A stretch of DNA of 27,449 nt from a bacterium. Lineage in GTDB: Bacteria; Sysuimicrobiota; Sysuimicrobiia; Sysuimicrobiales; Humicultoraceae. The translations under genes were made by a program, and so were the position numbers. The notes beneath the pieces were generated by a model. The model was not told where the DNA came from, made no database searches, and was given only the letters and a program-made list of their open reading frames with translations. Within the stretch, counting starts at the first letter, position 1; every line of letters begins with the position of its first letter. Where the stretch lies: the NCBI GenBank assembly GCA_041497675.1, contig JBGQGY010000034.1, positions 1-27,449 of the forward strand, given 5' to 3'. Of this stretch, positions 10,262-17,688 are shown one piece after another.

Positions 10262-10399
10262 GGCGGCGGTCCTACTGGCAAACTTCGCGCTCAATGAGGG
10301 AGGGGGGTCTGCGAGGAACCCTCAGTCGCCGCTAAAAGGATCGAACGCCCATCGTACACCCGTTTGTCCCCCTCTCAGCGGCTCCCGCAAGACAGTCCC

Positions 10400-10471
10400 T
10401 AAAAATTCTAATCTTCGGAGGCGTCAAGAGAACGACAAGAACCCTGGCCGGGTCCTCAAGGATTCGTCAAG
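10400..10471 (-). promoter_or_regulatory. Promoter of the kimA-like gene; second copy of the kdp promoter element, TAGAAT -10 at 10405-10410
   Basis: Ungapped alignment with 8146-8217 gives 54/72 identities by hand count, concentrated in the CTTG boxes and in CTTGACGCCTCCGA...TTAGAATTT. Confidence 0.8.
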
Positions 10472-10530
10472 AACAACAGACGCCGATCGAGATCGATCGG
10501 CGTCCGATAACGTGCGCGAGTGTGCGAGGG

Positions 10531-11112
10531 TCAGTCGCCGTGCTTTGCCCGCAGTCGCGGCGAAAGCCGCAGCATCAGCTGGATGCGCTCGACTTCGTTC
10601 ACCCAGTCGGCAATGACCGCAGCGGTGTAGGCGTCGTCGGGCGGGACGATACCCGTCGGGCAAGAGGGGCCGAGCCGATCGCGGGCCATCTTACGGTAGG
10701 TCGACAGCGTCCGCTCGCCAAAGCGTCCGCACTCTTCAAAATCCTCAGCGAGAAAGACCACGACAGGCACCCGGCGGCCGGCGTTGATGAGCAGGGCGTC
10801 TTGAACATCCGCGTGCTTGTCCCTGTCGATGAAGCGGACGTGGACCGCCGGCGAGGCCTCCTGAATCTTCTGGAGGATCGGTCCCTGCAGCACGCAGTCA
10901 CCGCACCACGCCCCGGCGACGCAGAGCACATGCATCTGCCGCGTGAAGCTTGCCACGAGGGCGCGGTGATCTTCGGTCAGGGCCACCTGTTCGTACACCC
11001 GCTGCCAGCGCTCCAGATGCTTCGGCTCCGCGTGCGCGGCCAGGAACTCCGCGTACGGCAGCGCCGCGGTCCATGCCTGCGCCCAGTTGATGCCCGGTTC
11101 CGTCTTAATCAT
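10531..11112 (-). CDS. Thioredoxin-family protein
   Basis: CxxC motif WCGDC, RVPVVVF cis-Pro loop, GGGGAGG RBS. Confidence 0.88.
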   Translation of the reverse strand: MIKTEPGINWAQAWTAALPYAEFLAAHAEPKHLERWQRVYEQVALTEDHRALVASFTRQMHVLCVAGAWCGDCVLQGPILQKIQEASPAVHVRFIDRDKHADVQDALLINAGRRVPVVVFLAEDFEECGRFGERTLSTYRKMARDRLGPSCPTGIVPPDDAYTAAVIADWVNEVERIQLMLRLSPRLRAKHGD

Positions 11113-11141
11113 TTGGCCTCCCCCAGATGATGAGTTACAAT
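11113..11141 (+). promoter_or_regulatory. Putative sigma70-type promoter for the hyp-MBL-pxpA unit
   Basis: TTGGCC-17 nt-TACAAT, ending 9 nt before ATG 11151. Confidence 0.5.
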
Positions 11142-11150
11142 GTGAACCGC

Positions 11151-11417
11151 ATGATCACGAGCGAAACTGACGCGTACCATCGTCTCCGCGACACCGCGCA
11201 GCGCATCGACCCCGCGCTCGTCGTCGATCGCGGGTCGATCCACCGGATCGGCGGACCGTTCCCGGGAGTGTCGTACAATCTCTTGTTGGGTGATGCGCAT
11301 GCGCTGCTTTTTCTCCCCGCCGCCGACATCGACGACGCCGGCTGGGAGGACCGCCTGCCCCAGCGGCTCGAGGCCGCGCGCCGCTATCTGACCGGTTTTA
11401 CGCGCCCCGCGCGCTGA
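11151..11417 (+). CDS. Hypothetical protein (~88 aa)
   Basis: Only compact ORF filling the gap before the MBL gene, with GC-rich third positions. Start could be 11127, but that lies inside the predicted promoter. Confidence 0.65.
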   Translation: MITSETDAYHRLRDTAQRIDPALVVDRGSIHRIGGPFPGVSYNLLLGDAHALLFLPAADIDDAGWEDRLPQRLEAARRYLTGFTRPAR

Positions 11418-11466
11418 GATATTCCCCGTCCCCGCATCCCATCCCTGGAGTCTGGAGGCATAGGGC

Positions 11467-12105
11467 GTGATCATCGAGACGTTGTCACTGGGTCCGATCG
11501 GCACGAACGGCTACATCGTCGGCGACGAGTCCACACGCCGGGCAGCCGTCATCGATCCCGGCGATGAAGCGCCCCTGCTACTCGCGGCCATCGCGCGGCT
11601 CGGCCTCACGGTCGATCAGATCATCGTCACCCACGCGCACTTCGATCATGTCGGCGGCGTCCGCGGGTTGGTCGACGCCACCCACGCGCCGTTTCTGATC
11701 CACGAGAAAGAGCTGCCGGTGCTCGACGTCGCGTCCGAGCGCGCGGCGGCGATGTTTGGCATTACGGTGCCGCAGCCGCCCAAACCCGACCGCCTGCTCC
11801 GCGAGGGCGACCGCCTGACGTTCGGCGGGCAGACGTTTCGCGTGGTGCACACACCGGGGCACAGCCCCGGCCACATCTGTCTGATCGGCGACGGTCTGGC
11901 GTTTGTCGGCGACGTCGTGTTTCAGGGCAGCATCGGCCGGACCGATCTGCCCGGGGGCGATCATGAGACGCTGCTGCGGTCGATCGCGACGCACATTCTG
12001 CCGCTCCCGGACGAGACTGTGCTCTACAACGGCCACGGCCCCGCGACCACGGTCGGTCACGAACGCCGCACCAACCCATTTCTGTTGGGATTGAAGAGGC
12101 CGTGA
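11467..12105 (+). CDS. MBL-fold metallo-hydrolase (glyoxalase II/YcbL-like)
   Basis: HAHFDH (HxHxDH), HTPGHSPG, GDVVFQGSIGRTDLPGG, GHGPATT and ERRTNPFL; GGAGG RBS with GTG start. Confidence 0.93.
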   Translation: MIIETLSLGPIGTNGYIVGDESTRRAAVIDPGDEAPLLLAAIARLGLTVDQIIVTHAHFDHVGGVRGLVDATHAPFLIHEKELPVLDVASERAAAMFGITVPQPPKPDRLLREGDRLTFGGQTFRVVHTPGHSPGHICLIGDGLAFVGDVVFQGSIGRTDLPGGDHETLLRSIATHILPLPDETVLYNGHGPATTVGHERRTNPFLLGLKRP

Positions 12106-12872
12106 CCGCGGTCATCGACCTGAACGCCGACGCGGGTGAGGGATTCGGCGCTTACGCCATCGGTGCCGACGCCGAGATGTTGGACTCGGTGACCTCGCTG
12201 AACGTCGCGTGTGGCTTCCACGCCGGCGATCCGGTGGTGATACGGCAGACCATCCGGGCGGCCGCCGCCGCCGGCGTCTCGGTCGGCGCCCATCCGGGAT
12301 TTCCCGATCTTCAAGGGTTTGGCCGGCGGCCGATGCACATCGCCCCGGGTGATCTGGTCGACATGCTGATCTATCAGATCGGTGCCGTCGAGGCGCTAGC
12401 GGTCGCTGAGGGGCAGCGGCTGCGTCACGTCAAAGCGCACGGCGCCCTCTACAACATGGCCGTCAGCGATGCCGCGCTCGGCGATGCCATCGCCGAAGCC
12501 ACCGCGGCGTTTCCTGGGCTGTGGCTGTATGCGATGCCCGGATCGGCGATGGCGACCGCGGCGGCGAAGCGGGGCGTGCGTGTCGCGGTCGAGGCGTTTC
12601 TCGATCGCGGCTATCGCCCCGACGGGAGCCTGGTGCCGCGTTCACAGCCAGGCGCGCTGCTCACGGATCCTCACACTGTTTCCAAGCGGGCAGTGTCACT
12701 CGCGACGGACTGCGTCCTAATTGCCGTCGATGGTACCCGACTCTCCTTCCAACCCCGCACGTTGTGCATCCACAGCGACACGCCGGGCGCCGGCACGCTC
12801 GCCGCGGCGGCGCGGGCGGCGCTCGGGGCCGCGGGGGTCAGGCTCGTGGCGCCGGCGGAAACCGCACCGTGA
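12102..12872 (+). CDS. pxpA: 5-oxoprolinase subunit A (LamB/YcsF family)
   Basis: IDLNADAGEGFG, NVACGFHAGDP, GAHPGFPD, HVKAHGALYN and TLCIHSDTPGA; GTGA overlap with the MBL gene. Confidence 0.92.
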   Translation: MTAVIDLNADAGEGFGAYAIGADAEMLDSVTSLNVACGFHAGDPVVIRQTIRAAAAAGVSVGAHPGFPDLQGFGRRPMHIAPGDLVDMLIYQIGAVEALAVAEGQRLRHVKAHGALYNMAVSDAALGDAIAEATAAFPGLWLYAMPGSAMATAAAKRGVRVAVEAFLDRGYRPDGSLVPRSQPGALLTDPHTVSKRAVSLATDCVLIAVDGTRLSFQPRTLCIHSDTPGAGTLAAAARAALGAAGVRLVAPAETAP

Positions 12873-14286
12873 ACGTGCTCCCCCGCCCGACGGTGCTCGC
12901 GACATCGATACGGGCGTTGTGCTGCTCCACGATCCACTTCGCGATCGACAATCCGAGCCCGCTGCCATCCACCTGCCGCGCGAGATCGGCGCGGTAGAAT
13001 CGATCGAAGATTCTGGGGATGTCTTCCGGCGCGATCCCGGGTCCCGAATCCGCCACCGAGAAGGCGACCCCACCGTTGGACGCTCCCAGGCTCAGCGTGA
13101 TGCGCCCACCCGCGGGTGTGTATTTGAACGCGTTGTCCAGCAGGATGAGGATCAACTGTTTCAGCAGGTCTGGGTCGCCCGCCACGTTGACGTCCTGTGG
13201 CGCCGCGAGTTCGAGCGCGTGTTCGTCGGCGAGGACCTGGGCCTGCCTGAACGCGTCCTCGACGATCGGGCGCAACGCGGTCGGGCGCAGGGTTGGACGC
13301 CACCCGGCGTCGGCGCGCGCCAGCACCAGCAGGTTGTTGACCAGCCGGTTCAAACGGTCGGCTTCCCCGGCGATGTCCGCCAGCATCGTCGCCCGCTCGC
13401 TGCCCTGATCCGTTTCCCGGGCCTCCAACATCTCGGCGTTGAGCCGGATGGTGGTGAGCGGCGTCCGCAGTTCATGAGACGCGCTGGCGACGAACCGCCG
13501 CTGCGTCGCGAGGGCCTGCTCGAGGTCGCGGTGCGCCCGCTCGAGATGATCGAGCATCACATTGATCGCGCCGGCCAGATGGCCCAACTCGTCCGGTGGC
13601 CCGCCGTGCGCAACGCGCCGGGAGAAGTCACGCGCGCGGCCGATCTCACCGGCGGTCTCCGTGATCACCCGGATGGGCGCAAGCGCGCGCCCCGCGAGCA
13701 TCCACCCCAGCCCGGCGGCTGCGGGGAGTCCCACACCCGCCAGGGCCAGCAGCAACCAGCGCAGCGGGTCGAGCAGCTGTTCATCGAACGCGAGCGACCG
13801 GCCGACCTGCACGAGTGCCACCGGCCCGCCCCCTACGATGACCGGCATGCTGAAGACCCGCATGCGCAGATCGCCCATTCGAACCGTTTCGAACACCGAT
13901 TTGCCCCGTTGCGCGGCGGCCAACATCCCGGACGTGATCGGCAGAGATTCCTCGTCGAGGTTGGAGGATCGCCCCGCGATCTGACGCGTCCGGAGGTCGA
14001 AGACCTGGATGAATATGAAGGACCTCCCAGGGTCCCTCGGTGGTGGCGGCCGGAGACTGACGGTCAGCGATCCATCCGCTTCAAGGCGGATCGACTCCCG
14101 GGCCATGACCTGGGCACGCCCCGACGTCAGCCTGTCGCCGTTGGCGATCAACGTGCGCGCGAGCAGCGTGTGCAGCGTGATCCCAAACACGAGCAGTGTG
14201 CCCGCGAGCACGGCGGTAAACAGCAACGTCAGGCGCAGCCGGATCGACAGGGGACGGAAGCGCGGCATGCGCGGCGCCTGCGTCAT
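12838..14286 (-). CDS. Sensor histidine kinase (2 TM, extracytoplasmic domain, HAMP, HisKA, HATPase)
   Basis: ASHELRTPLT, ILLDNAFKYT, DSGPGI, FDRFYR and GSGLGLSIAK; ATGA overlap with the response regulator. Confidence 0.95.
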   Translation of the reverse strand: MTQAPRMPRFRPLSIRLRLTLLFTAVLAGTLLVFGITLHTLLARTLIANGDRLTSGRAQVMARESIRLEADGSLTVSLRPPPPRDPGRSFIFIQVFDLRTRQIAGRSSNLDEESLPITSGMLAAAQRGKSVFETVRMGDLRMRVFSMPVIVGGGPVALVQVGRSLAFDEQLLDPLRWLLLALAGVGLPAAAGLGWMLAGRALAPIRVITETAGEIGRARDFSRRVAHGGPPDELGHLAGAINVMLDHLERAHRDLEQALATQRRFVASASHELRTPLTTIRLNAEMLEARETDQGSERATMLADIAGEADRLNRLVNNLLVLARADAGWRPTLRPTALRPIVEDAFRQAQVLADEHALELAAPQDVNVAGDPDLLKQLILILLDNAFKYTPAGGRITLSLGASNGGVAFSVADSGPGIAPEDIPRIFDRFYRADLARQVDGSGLGLSIAKWIVEQHNARIDVASTVGRGSTFTVRFPPAPRA

Positions 14287-14960
14287 CCCGCGGACGGCTC
14301 TCGCAGCATGTAGCCTACCCCGCGGACGGTTTGGATCACTCGCGGCGCCCCGCCCGCTTCCATCTTTTGCCGCAGATACCCGACGTAGACTTCGAGCACG
14401 TGCGTGTCGACTTCACTGTTGAACCCCCACACGCGTTCCAGGATCTGTTCCCGGGTCAACACCCGGCGGGGGTTTCTGAGAAACATCTCGAGCAACTCGT
14501 ATTCTTTGGCGGTGAGCGCGATTGGTTGACCCCGACGGCGCGCTTCGTGTGTCGCCGTGTCCAATTCGAGATCCTCAAATTGCAGCACGACGGGTTGTTC
14601 CGCCTGCCGGCGTCGCAGCAGCGCGCGGATCCGCGCCAACAGTTCGGCAAACGCAAACGGCTTGACCAGATAGTCGTCCGCGCCGGTCTCCAGACCCAAC
14701 ACCCGGTCTTCCAGCGCGTCGCGCGCCGTGAGCATCAGGATCGGCACATCGCTGTCCTCGCGAAGTTGTCGTGTCACGTCGAGCCCGTTGAGACCGGGCA
14801 TGAGAATATCGAGAACGACCAGATCGGGTTTGCTCGCACGCGCGCGTGCCAGACCGTCGGCGCCTTCGTTGGCCACGTCGACCTCAAAACCGTTGTAGGT
14901 GAGGCCGCGCCGCAGCGCCGCGGTGATTTTTCGGTCGTCGTCGATGACGAGGATACGCAT
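14283..14960 (-). CDS. OmpR/PhoB-family response regulator (MprA-like)
   Basis: MRILVIDDD, VLDILMP, LMLTARD, GADDYLVKPF and winged helix VLEVYVGYLRQK...IQTVRGVGY. Start placed at ATG 14960. Confidence 0.95.
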   Translation of the reverse strand: MRILVIDDDRKITAALRRGLTYNGFEVDVANEGADGLARARASKPDLVVLDILMPGLNGLDVTRQLREDSDVPILMLTARDALEDRVLGLETGADDYLVKPFAFAELLARIRALLRRRQAEQPVVLQFEDLELDTATHEARRRGQPIALTAKEYELLEMFLRNPRRVLTREQILERVWGFNSEVDTHVLEVYVGYLRQKMEAGGAPRVIQTVRGVGYMLREPSAG

Positions 14961-15017
14961 CTCTGTCCACCATCTTACCGCACGCACCGGAATGCTCACT
15001 CACAACTTGCGGGTGTT

Positions 15018-15074
15018 TCTTACCCTGCTCTGAGCTTTTCTTGCACATGTCTTGAGCCGCCGGCGGTGTACTGG
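15018..15074 (+). promoter_or_regulatory. Putative response-regulator boxes (11-nt phased TTAC/TGAG/TGC/TGAG) and promoter for the small peptide gene
   Basis: Ungapped co-linearity with 15391-15447 (36/57 identities by hand); both end in GTGTACTG. Confidence 0.55.
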
Positions 15075-15147
15075 CCGTGTGAAAGGAGGTGAGTGGGTTC
15101 TGCGATGGTCAGGCACGTCAAAACGAAGGTGCAAAGGAGGATCCACA

Positions 15148-15324
15148 ATGAAGATACTCGCCGCGACGCTCATGGTTGTCGCGGGGTTGTTGTTCGTTCC
15201 CAGGACGTTCGGCAGCGCCCCCCTGTACCTCGCTCAGTCCGGTAGTTACGATGTGTCGAATCAGACGGGCGATGACACGTCGAATGAGATCGCACCGCCA
15301 GAAGTGAACGACACGGGCTCCTAG
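15148..15324 (+). CDS. Small secreted acidic peptide (58 aa)
   Basis: AAAGGAGG RBS 7 nt before ATG 15148; signal-peptide-like MKILAATLMVVAGLLFVPRTFG followed by a D/N/S/T/G-rich tail. Confidence 0.8.
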   Translation: MKILAATLMVVAGLLFVPRTFGSAPLYLAQSGSYDVSNQTGDDTSNEIAPPEVNDTGS

Positions 15325-15341
15325 GGCAAAGACGCCCCAAG

Positions 15342-15394
15342 GCCGGCTCGGAGGCGAGTGGCGCGGCCACCCGTTCCCGAGCCGGCTCGTTTTT
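15342..15394 (+). terminator. Intrinsic terminator-like hairpin after the small peptide gene
   Basis: GCCGGCTCGG (15342-15351) pairs with CCGAGCCGGC (15377-15386); inner GTGGC/GCCAC stem; followed by TCGTTTTT. Confidence 0.6.
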
Positions 15395-15447
15395 ACCCAA
15401 TCTTGAGGTTTGCCTGCGTGTGGTCTGAGCGTCGGGGTGTGTACTGA
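15391..15447 (+). promoter_or_regulatory. Putative response-regulator boxes and promoter for the MacAB-TolC operon
   Basis: Second copy of the 15018-15074 architecture. Confidence 0.55.
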
Positions 15448-15482
15448 TGGTGCAGGCAACTTCGAAGGCGGGGGATGGTGCG

Positions 15483-16973
15483 ATGAAACGGGTCTCGATG
15501 AAGCGAGTGGTGGTGGTGGTCGGTCTGGCCGTCGTGCTCGGCGCGGGGGTCTGGCTGCAGCACCGCTCGCAGGCCTCCTCGCGCAGGGCGACCGACAACA
15601 TGCGGACCGCGCAGGTCACGCGCGGCACCCTTACGGCGAGCGCCACCGCGTCCGGAACCCTGCAACCCTACGCGCAGGTCGAGGTACGATCGCGCTCCAC
15701 CGGCACCGTCGTCGACCTGCGTGTGCAGGCCGGGGACGCGGTGAAGGCCGGCCAGCCGCTCGCCGCGATTGACGACAAGGATGCCCGGGCGAGCTACGAC
15801 TCCGCCTCGGCGCAGCTCACGAGCGCACAGGCAAAGATGAATCAGTCGCGCAGCACGCTGGAGGCCACGCGCGCCCAGAACGTCACCAAGATCACGCAGG
15901 CCGAGGCCGGGCTCCGGACGGCACAGGCGCAGCTCGCACAAGTGCTTGCGGGCTCGCGCCCCGAGGTGATCGCGCAGACGCGCGAGACACTCCAGCAGAC
16001 CCAGGCCGCAGCGACGCTGGCCAAACAAAACCTCGACCGCACGCAGAGTCTCTACACGCAGGGGATGATCGCCCACCAGGATCTGGAACAGGCGCAGAGC
16101 CAATACGACAGCGCGCAGGCGCAGGTCCGTGCGGCGCAGGCCCAGTTGCAGCAGGTGCAGGTCGGGAACACCGCCGAGGCGATCGCCGTGGCGCGGGCGC
16201 AGGTACGTGAAGCTGAAGCCGCTCTGGCCACCGCCCGCGCGGCCCGGCTCCAGGAAGAGGCGCTGGCCGCCGACGTCGTGGCGTCGACGGCGCAGGTGCG
16301 TAGCAGTCAGGGGAATGCCGCCCAGGCTCGCGACCACGTCGGCGAGTCGCAAGTCACGGCGCCCATCGATGGGATCGTCGCCACTCTGGGCGTGCAGGTC
16401 GGGCAGAGCGTGATCGGCGGGTCGAACAGTGGCGGGACGCTCGTGTTGACGATCGCCGACACGCGCACGATCCAGGCCGATATCGCCGTCGACGAATCGG
16501 ACATCGCCCAGATCAGGGTGGGGATGCCCGTGCGGGTCACGGTCGACGCGCTGCCCGGACGCACCTTTACCGGTAAAGTGATCCGGATCGCCCCGCAGGC
16601 CGTCGTGACGCAGAACGTCACCCAGTTCGACGTCATCGTCACCATCGACAACCCCGATCGTCTGCTCCGCCTCGGCATGTCAGTCGACGGTGAGTTCATC
16701 ATCGTGGAGCGACAGAACGTGCTGTTGGTGCCGGCCGAAGCCATCCGCGGGAAGGACACCAAGCGCGCGTTGGTCGTCGACGGCGCGGAACTGGTGCCGG
16801 TCACCGTGCAAACAGGCGCGACCAACGGCGGGCAGATCGAGGTCGTGAGCGGGCTCGAAGCCGGTCAGACCGTCTATTTGGGCACGCGGTCGGGGTCCGG
16901 CAGTACGACAAAGACCCAGCAGCCCGTCAACCCCTTCCAGCCGCAGGCGCCCTCACGGCAGCGGGCGAGGTGA
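15483..16973 (+). CDS. Periplasmic adaptor / membrane fusion protein (MacA/HlyD family)
   Basis: N-terminal TM, ASGTLQP..VEV, lipoyl halves GDAVKAGQPLA and VTAPIDGIV, long Ala/Gln coiled coil, VDESDIAQI. Start is more likely 15483 or 15498 than 15447. Confidence 0.93.
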   Translation: MKRVSMKRVVVVVGLAVVLGAGVWLQHRSQASSRRATDNMRTAQVTRGTLTASATASGTLQPYAQVEVRSRSTGTVVDLRVQAGDAVKAGQPLAAIDDKDARASYDSASAQLTSAQAKMNQSRSTLEATRAQNVTKITQAEAGLRTAQAQLAQVLAGSRPEVIAQTRETLQQTQAAATLAKQNLDRTQSLYTQGMIAHQDLEQAQSQYDSAQAQVRAAQAQLQQVQVGNTAEAIAVARAQVREAEAALATARAARLQEEALAADVVASTAQVRSSQGNAAQARDHVGESQVTAPIDGIVATLGVQVGQSVIGGSNSGGTLVLTIADTRTIQADIAVDESDIAQIRVGMPVRVTVDALPGRTFTGKVIRIAPQAVVTQNVTQFDVIVTIDNPDRLLRLGMSVDGEFIIVERQNVLLVPAEAIRGKDTKRALVVDGAELVPVTVQTGATNGGQIEVVSGLEAGQTVYLGTRSGSGSTTKTQQPVNPFQPQAPSRQRAR

Positions 16974-16980
16974 GGCGACC

Positions 16981-17688
16981 ATGTCTCTCATTCACATGCA
17001 CGACGTCGAGAAGGTCTACCGCATGGACGGGATCGAGGTGCACGCGCTTCGCGGCGTGACGTTGTCGATCGAGGCCGGCGAGTTTGTCGCGATCATGGGC
17101 GCGAGCGGGTCGGGGAAATCCACGTGCATGAACATCATGGGTCTGCTCGACCGCCCGACCGCCGGAACCTACGCGTTTGAAGGGACCGACGTAACGACGC
17201 TCGATGACGTCGCCCTGGCCGGCATTCGGAACCGTCGGCTGGGGTTTGTCTTTCAATCGTTCAACCTGCTGCCTCGCACGCCGGCCGTCGAGAACGTCGA
17301 GCTACCGATGGTCTACGCGGGCGCCCTGAATCGCCACTTGAGAGCGCTTGGCGCGCTGGAAGCGGTCGGTTTGAAGGACCGGGCCAGCCACCTGCCGACG
17401 CAACTCTCGGGCGGCCAGCAGCAGCGCGTCGCCATCGCCCGCGCCCTGGTGATGTCGCCGTCGATCATCCTGGCGGACGAGCCGACCGGCAACCTCGACT
17501 CCGCGACCGCCGACGAGATCATGACGCTGCTCGAACGCCTTTCGCAACAGGGCATCACGATCGTCATGGTCACGCACGAGGCCGATATTGCCGCCCACGC
17601 CCGCCGGCTGGTGCAGTTTCGTGACGGGCGCATTGTTCGCGACGAGCCCACCCGAACGCGGGGCGTGCTCGTGGGAGGTCCGCGATGA
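16981..17688 (+). CDS. ABC transporter ATP-binding protein, MacB/LolD type
   Basis: GASGSGKST, LSGGQQQRVAIARAL, ILADEPTGNLD and VTHE. Confidence 0.97.
   Translation: MSLIHMHDVEKVYRMDGIEVHALRGVTLSIEAGEFVAIMGASGSGKSTCMNIMGLLDRPTAGTYAFEGTDVTTLDDVALAGIRNRRLGFVFQSFNLLPRTPAVENVELPMVYAGALNRHLRALGALEAVGLKDRASHLPTQLSGGQQQRVAIARALVMSPSIILADEPTGNLDSATADEIMTLLERLSQQGITIVMVTHEADIAAHARRLVQFRDGRIVRDEPTRTRGVLVGGPR

Noticed and set aside
10262..10400. Canonical c-di-AMP (ydaO/yuaA) riboswitch upstream of kimA
   Set aside because: Expected from context, but the conserved GAAUC, GGGGNNAAUC and CAGCUAA elements are not visible.
12721..14313. 530-aa plus-strand ORF and other long antisense or alternate-frame ORFs (e.g. 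4805-6163, 22624-23862)
   Set aside because: These are shadow frames of well-supported genes in high-GC DNA, Arg/Pro-rich and without recognisable motifs.
15148..15324. Link between a possible N-terminal pyroglutamate on the peptide (LA-Q site) and nearby pxpA
   Set aside because: There is no evidence for cleavage before Gln, and the genes are in separate transcription units; too speculative.
15780..16340. Quasi-repeats (GCGCAG/CAGGC) in the adaptor and TolC genes
   Set aside because: Explained by Ala/Gln-rich coiled-coil coding; not a DNA repeat array or CRISPR.
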